DNA from: a virus | Taxonomy: Duplodnaviria > Caudoviricetes | Length of the DNA stretch: 64,000 nucleotides | Reading direction: 5' to 3' (one strand) | Virus record (IMG/VR): IMGVR_UViG_3300024331_000070 | Location: 3,615 to 67,614 of that record | Program-made: the position numbers and the translations under genes | The notes under the pieces: generated by a model | Database searches by the model: none | Seen by the model: the letters and a program-made list of their open reading frames with translations, nothing else | What the model was told of the DNA's origin: nothing | In this document: positions 53,437 to 62,363 of the stretch, in pieces | Position numbering within the stretch: position 1 is the stretch's first letter | How the letters are laid out: the number at the start of each line of letters is the position of its first letter

Positions 53437-53717
53437 GCCGCCTCCGGTGGCTCGGTCTCGATTTTACCTTCGCGGGCAATGAAGCGTGGCGTCGGAAACG
53501 GCGCATCGACCACCCCGACCAGGCAATAGATGCCGACAACGCGACGCGGCTGCGTGATAGCCAATTTTCCGGCCGCGTTGACGGCGTCCGTCATGTCGGA
53601 GCCGGCGGGGCACTCGATCGGCATCCCGTTGGGCGCCACCCATAGGAGATACTCACAAGGATTCGCTCCGGCCTTGGCGTCCTCATTGATGGATTGATAT
53701 AAAGTTTCGAGTTTCAC
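53433..53717 (-). CDS. Hypothetical protein
   Basis: GGAGG then GTG. Confidence 0.5.
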   Translation of the reverse strand: MKLETLYQSINEDAKAGANPCEYLLWVAPNGMPIECPAGSDMTDAVNAAGKLAITQPRRVVGIYCLVGVVDAPFPTPRFIAREGKIETEPPEAA

Positions 53718-53879
53718 GTCGCCTCCGGTGGCTCGGGCAAGCCGGTGTCGCTGGGTGTTTCCTCCCGCCGCCGACGCCAAGCCTCACGCTCGCGCTCGGC
53801 CTTCTCGTTCCACATGCGTTTGAATCCCGTCGGGGTGTAGGTGGTCACGACTGGGTAGTCGGACTCGTGGCGTTTTGGT

Positions 53880-54437
53880 TTAGGCACGGTTCACCACCAA
53901 TCTAACGAGTTCTGGTGAGGCTTGAAGTTTTGCCGCGGGTTTTTTCTCGAATGCCTCTAACTGCTCAGGCGCTTCTGGATCGCTCGCAGCAACGGGTTCA
54001 GAGGAAGTATTTTTATATGTGGTTGTGGTTGCCACCCGTTTGCCGACCATTTGGTCGGCATTTGCTTGATTGTGGGCGCGGTTGGATATCGACACCGCCT
54101 TTGCAATTACGCGAGACATGGCCGTGACCTCCCCGCCCCTCTTTCCGGCTATGGCGCGTTTGGTGCGGATGACCTCGCACTTTTGCAACTCCTCGTCGAT
54201 GCGCTTGTGTCTCCAGTTTGGGCGGAACAGCGGCTCCAGGTCTGGCTTGATGAACTCGGTCCAGTTCTTGACCGAGAGTTTTGCGATGCGCGCGAGCCTT
54301 GCGTCATCGTTCGGAAGCCCCCCAGTGCGCCAGTAGTGGCAGATCAGCAGGATGTACGCGCCGTGCTGCGTCGTGCTCAGATGGCCGGTGTCTCCGAGGT
54401 AGTCGGCGACGTAGAAGGGCATCCACGGGGGGCTCAT
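53880..54437 (-). CDS. DUF1376/YdaU-family replication initiator
   Basis: PWMPFYVADYLGDTGHLSTTQHGAYILLICHYW...RLARIA. Confidence 0.88.
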   Translation of the reverse strand: MSPPWMPFYVADYLGDTGHLSTTQHGAYILLICHYWRTGGLPNDDARLARIAKLSVKNWTEFIKPDLEPLFRPNWRHKRIDEELQKCEVIRTKRAIAGKRGGEVTAMSRVIAKAVSISNRAHNQANADQMVGKRVATTTTYKNTSSEPVAASDPEAPEQLEAFEKKPAAKLQASPELVRLVVNRA

Positions 54438-54886
54438 GGCGCGACGCCCCTGCGCGCATTGAAGGCCGCGCGGGCATCTTTGTCGATCGCGTCAAGAATG
54501 GTGCGCGCGGACTCGCGTTCCAGTTTGGTCGAGCCGCACACCCAGCGATCAAGTAGTTCGCGCCGCACCGCGCGTTCTCTGTCTGTCAGGTCAAAGGCTG
54601 CAATGAGTTCCGCCGGGTCTACCGAGGACACCCAACGCCAATCGGTTTCATCCGAGGCGCCCTTGCCGAGATTGCATCGCCGGCAGAGGACCTGAAGGTT
54701 GGAAATATCGAGGGCGAGTTCTGGATATTTCGAGCGCGGCTTGATGTGGTCGACGTGCACCGGATTTTCAGGCGTCGGCCGCTCTTTGCAACAGGAGCAG
54801 CATCCGTTCGACGCCACCAAAACGCGGTAGCGAAGATCAAGCCACGCTCGGCTGGAATAGAACGGGTCTGTACGCGTATCAGACAT
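54434..54886 (-). CDS. HNH endonuclease
   Basis: FYSSRAW..LRY.VL...CSCC...HVDHIKPRSKYPELALDISNLQVLCRRCN. Confidence 0.9.
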   Translation of the reverse strand: MSDTRTDPFYSSRAWLDLRYRVLVASNGCCSCCKERPTPENPVHVDHIKPRSKYPELALDISNLQVLCRRCNLGKGASDETDWRWVSSVDPAELIAAFDLTDRERAVRRELLDRWVCGSTKLERESARTILDAIDKDARAAFNARRGVAP

Positions 54887-54951
54887 CTGCCCTCCCCGCC
54901 GCCGCAAGCGCATCGATCACATCAGGATGCAGACACACGTTTCGCCCCCAC

Positions 54952-55389
54952 TCAGAAATTTCCAGCGGCCACTTGCGCGCACGGAATCCCGTTCGCGCGC
55001 CACATCTCGACGACTTGGTTGCGATCGTCGAAGGCCATGATCGGTTCGAAACCGTCCGCCCTCAGTTGCGCCAAAAGCTCGACCTTGATTTCATGGTCGG
55101 GGCGGTAATCGCCATCTCGGCGCATGTAAATTTGGCCGGTTGGCAGGCCGTGCTTAATGAGCCATCGCGCAGTCGACTCTCGGACGCGCTCGCTTCGTCC
55201 AGAAACGTACACCACCGGGGCATAAGCGCAGAGGGCAAACGCAAGATCAATGATATGCTGGATCGGCGTGTCGTCGCCGCACGCGTCGAAAAACGCATCC
55301 CAATCCTTCGGCATCTTTTGGATATGCGGCAGCCGATGGGTTAGATCGGCAATCGTTCCGTCGATATCGAACAGATAACAGCGCGTCAT
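54952..55389 (-). CDS. HAD phosphatase, T4 PNK 3'-phosphatase-domain-like
   Basis: FDIDGT, VSGR, FDDRNQVVEMWR. Confidence 0.85.
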   Translation of the reverse strand: MTRCYLFDIDGTIADLTHRLPHIQKMPKDWDAFFDACGDDTPIQHIIDLAFALCAYAPVVYVSGRSERVRESTARWLIKHGLPTGQIYMRRDGDYRPDHEIKVELLAQLRADGFEPIMAFDDRNQVVEMWRANGIPCAQVAAGNF

Positions 55390-55652
55390 CGTTTCGCCCC
55401 CACCCTTTCCAGCCCCTCCTCGATCAGCTCGATCCCCTCTTGCGCCAAGGCGCGAGCGAATCGGGCATCCTTGATAAGCTGCTCTTGCGCGTACCGGCGC
55501 AGCGCGGCCTCGACCTCGGGGGCGTACTGGACCTTGAGCGCAAAGGTGCCGGAGGGGTTTGTGGTCTGCCGCGGTGATGACAGCTCGCGCAGTTCGGGCC
55601 GGGACCGGGCCGCCTGCCGGTACGCGATGGCGCGCTTTCTGATGCTGCTCAT
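55386..55652 (-). CDS. Hypothetical protein
   Basis: ATG overlaps the radical SAM stop. Confidence 0.5.
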   Translation of the reverse strand: MSSIRKRAIAYRQAARSRPELRELSSPRQTTNPSGTFALKVQYAPEVEAALRRYAQEQLIKDARFARALAQEGIELIEEGLERVGAKR

Positions 55653-56482
55653 GCGGCGCTTCTCGCAGAATGAATTATCGCCGGCCGCGCCCAACGCCGC
55701 TGGAAGGCGCGCCATTCCGGTCCCGGTGCGTGCTTTTCCTGCGATGGCGTGTCTGGCCGCCAGAGCATCGCGAAGGGCGTGAACCCGACCGACACCAATT
55801 GCTGCAGCCGATGCTCGGCGAGCGCGAACGTGTCCTTGGGATAGCCGATCATGCAGTAGCTTCGGAGGCGGTGCGATTCGCGGGTGAAGCCGGCCGCCAG
55901 CAGCCGGCGCGCGGCGTCCTCAAGCGTCTCGAACTTGTCCTGCGGATCGTAGGCGAAGAACATATTCGGGCGCGGCTTCAGGCTCGCCAGCAAGTCAACC
56001 TGATAGTCTTGCAGCGATAGCGCCTCCAGGCCGCCCGTGAACTCGACGCGCCGCCCTTGCTCCCGCAGCATCGCGAAGACGGCCTCGACGTGATCCCGCG
56101 GCGCAGCCAACAAATTATCATCGAGTACGTTCCAGCCGGGGTAGATCGGCAGGACATTGACCGTGGGCCATTTCTTCCACACGCCACAGAACCAGCAGCG
56201 GCGCGGGCAGCCGCGTGTCGTGATCGTATAGCCGGGCTTGATGTAGCGGCCGGGGATGAATTCGAGGCTGTCGTCCTCGTAGGCGACGCCGCCGATCTTT
56301 ACCGGCGCGACATGCCGCCATTGCTCAGCCAACTGCTCGGCGGTCGCCTTGTCATAGGTGAACGTCACCGAGACGTGCACCTCGTCGGCCTCAGCAAAAA
56401 AGTCCGGCGGCCCGAAATACGAGAGGGCGTCGTCAGGCGTCGCCTTCGTTTTGCGCGGAAACACGCGGATTATTCTGCTCAT
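55649..56482 (-). CDS. Radical SAM protein
   Basis: TTRGCPRRCWFC (CxxxCxxC); LDDNLLA. Confidence 0.85.
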   Translation of the reverse strand: MSRIIRVFPRKTKATPDDALSYFGPPDFFAEADEVHVSVTFTYDKATAEQLAEQWRHVAPVKIGGVAYEDDSLEFIPGRYIKPGYTITTRGCPRRCWFCGVWKKWPTVNVLPIYPGWNVLDDNLLAAPRDHVEAVFAMLREQGRRVEFTGGLEALSLQDYQVDLLASLKPRPNMFFAYDPQDKFETLEDAARRLLAAGFTRESHRLRSYCMIGYPKDTFALAEHRLQQLVSVGFTPFAMLWRPDTPSQEKHAPGPEWRAFQRRWARPAIIHSARSAA

Positions 56483-56612
56483 GGGAACGCCGCCGCAAGC
56501 AAGATCGTCAGCAGGACGACAGCCGTGAGAGCGAGAACCGCGGCGAATGAACAAGACGCGCAGGACTCGGGATAGGGCTCGCGAGGCACGCCGCGCCAAC
56601 TGTCGGGGGCTC

Positions 56613-57026
56613 TCATGGTGTCGCTTCTTTGATTTGACAGGCGACCCACGCCCGCATTCTGACAAAGCGCTGTTCAGGGGTTTCGTAGTGATACGAGCCC
56701 TCGTCGTTGTAAAACATGATTTCGCAGGCCATCGCATGGGCCACGCCGAAGAGGCCAGACACGCCGTCATGGTCTTCGGGGTCAACGCGACTCATGTCCG
56801 TGCCGCGGGCCTTTCCCACAGCTCCGAGAGCGCATACGCAACCGTCCGGCTGGACAAGGTCGTACGATATCAGTTTCTTTTCCGGCAGCGCGTCGAGGGC
56901 CGCCAGCATCTCGCGCAGGAATGCCTGCCCGCGCTTGCCTTTGAAGGCCGATGTGACTGCGCCACGCCAGCGGATCATCTGCCAATTATCGAAGTCGCCA
57001 TCATCGCAATAGCCTGACCGGCTCAT
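56613..57026 (-). CDS. Conserved-type phage hypothetical protein
   Basis: RGQAFLREM..ALDALPEKKLI...VCALGAV...ETPEQRF.RMR.WV. Confidence 0.75.
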   Translation of the reverse strand: MSRSGYCDDGDFDNWQMIRWRGAVTSAFKGKRGQAFLREMLAALDALPEKKLISYDLVQPDGCVCALGAVGKARGTDMSRVDPEDHDGVSGLFGVAHAMACEIMFYNDEGSYHYETPEQRFVRMRAWVACQIKEATP

Positions 57027-57295
57027 GATCTCCCCTCCCCGCGAAAATGGCCTGGCATCACGGTGTCCATGTGCTGTCCGTGAGCCAGGCCAAGGTGGCG
57101 CGTCGGAACAGAAGGCGAAATCGACGCGCGAGAGGAAATGGAAATCTCAGCGAGCCAAGCGACGCGGGCCGCGGCAAGGTGGTCCTCGATCAGGTCCTTG
57201 CGGACGCTCTCGATGAATGAGTCATTCGAACTCATAAGCACCCCCATATTGGCGGGAATGCGCGAGGGCGTTTGTTGTTGGCTTGTTGTTTCCAT
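57023..57295 (-). CDS. Hypothetical protein
   Basis: 90-aa ORF. Confidence 0.4.
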   Translation of the reverse strand: METTSQQQTPSRIPANMGVLMSSNDSFIESVRKDLIEDHLAAARVAWLAEISISSRASISPSVPTRHLGLAHGQHMDTVMPGHFRGEGRS

Positions 57296-57420
57296 GTCGC
57301 CCAGCGAACGGGTTTGTAGCTCTTATCATTATCGATGCGGTCGACGGTGTGTTCATTGGCCTCATGCCCCACCTCGCGAATAGCATCGTTTGGAATGGAC
57401 GGGGCAGTACGGCATGCCAC
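57232..57420 (-). pseudogene. HNH endonuclease fragment
   Basis: HTVDRIDNDKSY..VRWATWKQQANNKR only. Confidence 0.55.
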
Positions 57421-57970
57421 CGGCTAAATCAGCCGCAGGGGCGCCGCAAAATAATCTTTCCGTATCGTCGTCGCCCCACAGCGCATATCGACAGGTCTCG
57501 TTGGTGAGGTCATAGATCGAGCAAGCTGTCGCGGGAATCGAATCGGGGGCGCGATCAACGAGCTTGATGGGTTTCGGGGGCTCCAGCGTCGTTTTCGTCG
57601 GCGTCAATCGAAATTGACCGACCGGCTTCGGCTCTTCCGGCTGGGGCAACATGCGCGGCGTCCACGGGTGCGCCTTGCGCTCCCGCTCCCGCTCCCGTTT
57701 ACGGCCCTTGCCGCGCGGCGGTTGATATACGCTATCGCATTTGAGCCCGAGACGATTGAGCTTGCCTAATACCATGTTGCGCGTGACGCCCAATTTCGCG
57801 GCGATGCGGCTGCCGCTCCATTTCTTGGCTTGCAGCCCCCTCAATAGGGCAACGCGCTCGTCGGTCCAGAAGGTGGCGACCGCCCCCGATGCACCAGGGA
57901 CAGGATCGAGAGCGGGCGCTTCGCCGGAAGTCAGGTCAGGGCCGGACGAAGGGGAAAGGGATTCAGACAC
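57362..57970 (-). CDS. GcrA-like transcription regulator
   Basis: WTDERVALLR...SGSRIAAKLGVTRNMVLGKLNRLGL; DLTNETCRY...FCG...PYCPVH. Confidence 0.85.
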   Translation of the reverse strand: MSESLSPSSGPDLTSGEAPALDPVPGASGAVATFWTDERVALLRGLQAKKWSGSRIAAKLGVTRNMVLGKLNRLGLKCDSVYQPPRGKGRKRERERERKAHPWTPRMLPQPEEPKPVGQFRLTPTKTTLEPPKPIKLVDRAPDSIPATACSIYDLTNETCRYALWGDDDTERLFCGAPAADLAGGMPYCPVHSKRCYSRGGA

Positions 57971-58068
57971 GACTGGTTCATCCTCGAGATGGAGGTTGGT
58001 GGGGCCGCCGTCCGATCCGTGATCGGAATCCCCGTCTCTCTCGACGGCCCCGGCTCTGGATGTCGCCG

Positions 58069-58464
58069 TCAGTCCAGGCGACGCGGAATTGTCCAAGGTG
58101 TTTCGGAGCCGTCGTAGACGAACCTCTCGATAGCGTCGGCGGCGAGGATGGGATCGGAGGGCTGCGAACCGGCGAACAGGCGCGACATTCGATTCGGATA
58201 TTCGGTGGAGTAGCGGGACCGCCCAATGAAGCGCTCGACCGACTCCCTCATCCGCAACGCGATATGACCCGCGATGCAACAGGCCGTGCCGCATGTGCTT
58301 AACGATTTGGTGAATGAGCCCTGATCATACTCCTCCGGCGGAATCGCTCCCGATCTCAAATCGCGGGCTACTTCGAGGGCCACGAGGCATGTCGCCTCGT
58401 CCCAGATCGAAAGGGCGCTGGGATGGATTTGCCGGACATCAGCAAGCTTGCGGTCTGACATCAA
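58069..58464 (-). CDS. Hypothetical protein
   Basis: CGTACCIAGHIA motif. Confidence 0.65.
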   Translation of the reverse strand: MMSDRKLADVRQIHPSALSIWDEATCLVALEVARDLRSGAIPPEEYDQGSFTKSLSTCGTACCIAGHIALRMRESVERFIGRSRYSTEYPNRMSRLFAGSQPSDPILAADAIERFVYDGSETPWTIPRRLD

Positions 58465-58853
58465 ATAACCTCCGATATTTCGGCGCGCCGCCGCCGTCCT
58501 TGGGCTATCGCGCTATTCTCTCCCGTCCGATTTCTGCATTTCTCAAGGAATCCAGGGGCATTCAGATTTTCCTTCCAAGTGCCCCATTTCAAATTTTCAG
58601 GCCGATCATTCGTCCGGCTTTCATCCAAATGCATGCACAGGTGACCGGGAGGACGAGGTCCGTGAAAGGCCTCGCAAACCAATGTGTGCTTCTCTACGGT
58701 TCTGCGGCGCCCATCAGCGAATCTCACCGTGACGCGACCGTATCCCTTGGTGCGCCCTATCCACGAATTGAGGATTTTGAGAGGGCCGCGCACCTGTCCA
58801 AATTCATTGGCAAAATGCCCAGGGGCCGACGGGATTGGCTTCCAGTTCTCCAT
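58461..58853 (-). CDS. NUMOD4-like/HNH homing endonuclease
   Basis: ENWKPIP; HTLVCEAFHGPRP...HLD...NDRPENLKWGT.KEN. Confidence 0.88.
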   Translation of the reverse strand: MENWKPIPSAPGHFANEFGQVRGPLKILNSWIGRTKGYGRVTVRFADGRRRTVEKHTLVCEAFHGPRPPGHLCMHLDESRTNDRPENLKWGTWKENLNAPGFLEKCRNRTGENSAIAQGRRRRAEISEVI

Positions 58854-59093
58854 CTAAAACGCCCTCCTCGTCGGCCTGAGATAGGCCAGTCCTTTCATGC
58901 GATGTGCGCGGTACAACTCACGAACCGCGCGCTTTCGGCTTTGTTTGCTGTCCCGCGGCGCGAGCCACGGGGCGGTCAGCAGCACCAGCCATTGAGCCGA
59001 GTGCATCAAGATAAGGGCGATGAAATTCCTCGTCCGAAACAGAAAGGGCAGCCGCGGCCTTGCCCATCGTGGCTGTGAGTTCATGATCGGCAC
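58854..59093 (-). CDS. Hypothetical protein
   Basis: 79-aa ORF overlapping the upstream gene by 176 nt. Confidence 0.35.
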   Translation of the reverse strand: MPIMNSQPRWARPRLPFLFRTRNFIALILMHSAQWLVLLTAPWLAPRDSKQSRKRAVRELYRAHRMKGLAYLRPTRRAF

Positions 59094-59457
59094 CCATGGC
59101 GCGTTCGATCAGCTTGCGATCATCGGCGCGCCGCCGCATCGCAGACGCCACGGCACCGGCACGCACGAACCACGACCACCAGGACGGCCGCGCCGGTCCC
59201 ATGATCGAGACGATGAATTCGAGGCCCCAGGCGCTGCGGATCAGCGCAGCGACGGCATCGCTCGGGATCTTCGCATCACCGGACAGCCACGCTTCACAGG
59301 CACGCTGTGAAAACCCCGTGATCTCAGAAAGTTGCGCAGAAGTCTTCACTGGCCAAAGGGCGCGTGCGCGGTCGGCTATCGGCGCAGAAATGCGCACCGC
59401 GCTTCGGCATCTGACGAAGACCTCTTCGGGCCGCCGATTTGCCGCCAGCGCGCTCAT
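58918..59457 (-). CDS. HTH protein in CII position
   Basis: KTSAQLSEITGFSQRACEAWLSG. Confidence 0.7.
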   Translation of the reverse strand: MSALAANRRPEEVFVRCRSAVRISAPIADRARALWPVKTSAQLSEITGFSQRACEAWLSGDAKIPSDAVAALIRSAWGLEFIVSIMGPARPSWWSWFVRAGAVASAMRRRADDRKLIERAMGADHELTATMGKAAAALSVSDEEFHRPYLDALGSMAGAADRPVARAAGQQTKPKARGS

Positions 59458-59875
59458 CGCGTTTGGTTCCCGCCATGAAGGTTCGCCGAACGATCAAATG
59501 GCTTCTGGTCTGCGCCTGGATTGCGCTGTGTGTCGCGGTGCTGGTGTGGCTGCTGGGATGAAAGAAAAATGGGAAACAGACGCGAGCGAATGCCTCCCAG
59601 TTGGCCGACCGGGCGTGACGTTGGTCGGCAGGGAGGAACGGCGAGGGGGCGGGGGCCTGTCCAGCGTTTCCCGCCCCTTCTGTTCGTCAATCCGGGTGAA
59701 TGATCGCGAGAGCAACTGTCAATCCCCGCATCTGGAGGGGCGTTGTCCGCAACCTCATATGGAACCGATGGCATATACTCGGCGTCGGATAGAGGGCGCC
59801 GGAGGATGCTATGCGATTGTGCAGCATTACGCCGCTGGGCGGCGGATGGTATCGCTTGCGCGGGTACGAGGCCGG

Positions 59876-60067
59876 TCATGCGGCCGCTTCCTCTTTCGAG
59901 GATTCCAGCGCCTCGACCGGCACCCGGCCCCTCGTCTTGCGGCTAATCGGCAACCACCACTTGGACGGCACCCCGCGCTGGCGCCACTTCTTGCGGGCAA
60001 ACGGCGTGATCCCAAGCTCTGCGGCGGCCTTGTCGACCAATTCCCAATCAAGTGCTGGCTTTCCCAT
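59876..60067 (-). CDS. Cro-like repressor
   Basis: 63 aa, AAELGITPFARKKWRQRGVP; divergent from the cI-like gene. Confidence 0.8.
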   Translation of the reverse strand: MGKPALDWELVDKAAAELGITPFARKKWRQRGVPSKWWLPISRKTRGRVPVEALESSKEEAAA

Positions 60068-60074
60068 GCCAACG

Positions 60075-60143
60075 ATCTGTAGAGACGATTTGTCTTCACG
60101 TCAAGGGACAACAAGGGGTGCCCCCCAAAAAGACATTTTGTCT
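60075..60143 (-). promoter_or_regulatory. Promoter for cro with two operators
   Basis: AGACGATTTGTCT 60083-60095 and AGACATTTTGTCT 60131-60143; TTGACG -35 on the minus strand. Confidence 0.7.
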
Positions 60144-60155
60144 AATGTCGTCACC

Positions 60156-60422
60156 ATGAAGGGCGATGACTCCAGCGAAGCCGAGTTGATGGCGCTGATC
60201 CGAGAGCGTACGCGCCAAGCGCGCGTTGCGATGGGATGGGATATTGAGACCATGGCTGATGCGCTAGGCGTTACGCCAGCCGCCTACAAAAAATACGAGG
60301 AACGCAAATCGTCGACCATCCCAACGAAAAAGGTCAGAAAGTTCTGTGTGTTGACCGGGGTCGACGGAAATTGGCTAATGGGACATGAGCCCGCTAAAGT
60401 GCGCGCTCGCCACACGATCTAA
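60156..60422 (+). CDS. CI-like XRE repressor (HTH only)
   Basis: RTRQARVAMGWDIETMADALGVTPAAYKKYE...NWLMG; 88 aa, no S24 peptidase domain. Confidence 0.8.
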   Translation: MKGDDSSEAELMALIRERTRQARVAMGWDIETMADALGVTPAAYKKYEERKSSTIPTKKVRKFCVLTGVDGNWLMGHEPAKVRARHTI

Positions 60423-60452
60423 GAAGCGCGCCAATAAAATCACGAGGCTCCG

Positions 60453-60668
60453 ATGAGGCTTATGCTGCTGGCGCTCGGCTGCGCCACGCTCATCGCGGTG
60501 TCTATTATCTGCGCACCTTTGGTGTCACCCTATAGAATCGCGCCGGCGGTCGACGCCGATGGCAATCCATTTTTGTGGCGCGTGAACGCCGTCACTGGCG
60601 ACGTGCAAATCTGTCCGGCCCTTCGGGTGATCCGCGATATGCGGCCGACATGTCAGGCGCACCAATGA
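60453..60668 (+). CDS. Small exported or membrane protein
   Basis: N-terminal hydrophobic helix; WRVNAVTGDVQIC. Confidence 0.6.
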   Translation: MRLMLLALGCATLIAVSIICAPLVSPYRIAPAVDADGNPFLWRVNAVTGDVQICPALRVIRDMRPTCQAHQ

Positions 60669-60718
60669 ATTGATGCGATTGAACAAAACATTCCGTGAAC
60701 GAAAAACTTGCGGCATGG

Positions 60719-60760
60719 AGACGATTTGTCCTTGACTTAGAGACAAATCGTCTCTAGTGT
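60719..60760 (+). promoter_or_regulatory. Early promoter (PL equivalent) flanked by operators
   Basis: AGACGATTTGTCC 60719-60731, TTGACT 60732-60737, AGACAAATCGTCT 60741-60753, TAGTGT 60755-60760 (17-nt spacer). Confidence 0.75.
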
Positions 60761-60767
60761 CTGGGTT

Positions 60768-61256
60768 ATGGGCGCCTTCGAGAACCTGATCGGAAAGAGC
60801 TTCGGCGGGCACGCCGTGATCGCGCGGGCGCCATCACGCAACGGCCACACCTACTGGGTGGTCCGGTGTGAATGCGGCATCGAGACGGTGAGGGATGCGT
60901 ACAAAATCAAACGGGAACTGAATTGCCGGTGCGCGTCTCGCTGTGGCCCAACAGAATTTCGCTTGATCGACCTTCCAGAATACAGAACTTGGCGTGACAT
61001 GCTGAGGCGCTGCTACGGGGGCGCCGACGCCCGAACCCTAAAGTATTACAGGGATCGCGGCATCACGGTTTGCGAGCGCTGGCGCTCTTCCTTCCAGAAT
61101 TTCCTTTCTGACATGGGACCGCGCCCATCCGCTAGGTATTCGATCGATCGGTATCCAGACAACACCGGAAATTACGAGCCGACCAACTGCCGCTGGGCGA
61201 CCCGCGCGCAGCAACGCAGCAACATGCGCCCAAGACGATCGACGCGATCGGCCTAA
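60768..61256 (+). CDS. HNH homing endonuclease
   Basis: EYRTWRDMLRRC...RGITVCERW..SFQNFL.DMGPRP...SIDR.PDN.GNYEP.NCRWAT. Confidence 0.9.
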   Translation: MGAFENLIGKSFGGHAVIARAPSRNGHTYWVVRCECGIETVRDAYKIKRELNCRCASRCGPTEFRLIDLPEYRTWRDMLRRCYGGADARTLKYYRDRGITVCERWRSSFQNFLSDMGPRPSARYSIDRYPDNTGNYEPTNCRWATRAQQRSNMRPRRSTRSA

Positions 61257-61280
61257 AAACCCCATCGAACGGAGAGACAC

Positions 61281-61520
61281 ATGACCGACACCCACGAAAT
61301 CGAAATCCTTCTCGCTTGTGATGAGGAAGGCAATGTCGCCGTCGGCCTCGCTGAGGACGACTTCGGTGAACGCATCGCCGAGCTGGGCAGCGACCACGCC
61401 ACGCTCGCCGTCCGCGTCGTCAAGCTCAAGGTGAAGATGTCCGCGCCCCAGATCACCGAGGCCGAAGTGACGGTCCCGGACGAGGCGGGTGAGACGGTGA
61501 GCGCCCTAGCCGCGGAATAG
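61281..61520 (+). CDS. Acidic hypothetical protein
   Basis: GGAGAG ribosome site; 79 aa. Confidence 0.65.
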   Translation: MTDTHEIEILLACDEEGNVAVGLAEDDFGERIAELGSDHATLAVRVVKLKVKMSAPQITEAEVTVPDEAGETVSALAAE

Positions 61521-61739
61521 CGGGGCGCGCCAGCCGGGGCGCGCTCGAAGTACCGGCGCCTTTCAACAGGAGTGACCGTGATGCGCATCCTTCGCGAATT
61601 TGCCTTCCACCTGCCGCACGCGCTGTTCGACCTCGCCGTGATCGGCTCGTTCCTCTTCGCCATGTTCGTGGTGATGGCCTTCTGGCTGGGAGTCGTCGTG
61701 CTCTGACAACGCTTTGATCTGCACAAGGAACTCACTCAC

Positions 61740-62363
61740 ATGACCGCCCACACACAAGACCGCATCGCCTTCGCTTCCGCCGGGGCCGTCCGCGCGCCCC
61801 GCTTCGCCAAAACCTACTGCAGCCAGTGCGGCGGCGAGTTCGGTCCCGGCAACAGCGGCTATTCGCATTGCGAGGATCACCGCAGCCTTGGCGCGTTCTC
61901 CGGCGAAGTTCTTAACGCGCCAAACGCCACCTACTGGGATCACCCCGGTGCCATTGCCGCAGAACAGCAACGATGCGCGCTCGATTGGATTGCGAGAAAT
62001 CCAGACGCCGAATGGCCGCGCAGCGTTTCCGCTCTGATCAAGTCCAGAGCCGCCGCCAGCCGCGCGAACATCCGCACCGCTTTCTCCGACCTCCTGGTCG
62101 CGCTCGCCGACAACCACCCCGTCAACATCATCGGCGAGGCCGACGCCGCCGACATGGAAGAACGGGCCGAGCATGTGCAGGGGCTCCTCACTGCGGTGGA
62201 GGTCTATCTCGCCGTGGTCCTCGCCGATGCGAAGCACCGCACGTCGGGAATCACGCTCGACGTGAATGTCACGGGGATTTTGAGCGACACGCGCGGCGAT
62301 ATCGTGGGGACTTTCAGGATCGCGGCAGAGCAGATGCGGGAACTTGAACGCGAGTTCGAGTGA
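61740..62363 (+). CDS. Hypothetical early protein
   Basis: 207 aa; YCSQCG...HCEDH. Confidence 0.65.
   Translation: MTAHTQDRIAFASAGAVRAPRFAKTYCSQCGGEFGPGNSGYSHCEDHRSLGAFSGEVLNAPNATYWDHPGAIAAEQQRCALDWIARNPDAEWPRSVSALIKSRAAASRANIRTAFSDLLVALADNHPVNIIGEADAADMEERAEHVQGLLTAVEVYLAVVLADAKHRTSGITLDVNVTGILSDTRGDIVGTFRIAAEQMRELEREFE

Noticed and set aside
54041-54060. Palindrome TGCCGACCA-TT-TGGTCGGCA as replication origin
   Set aside because: Position inside the initiator gene fits lambda-like origins, but no iteron series is visible, so not called
59454-59879. 141-aa ORF between cro and the CII-position gene
   Set aside because: No motif and low-complexity translation; may be partly non-coding
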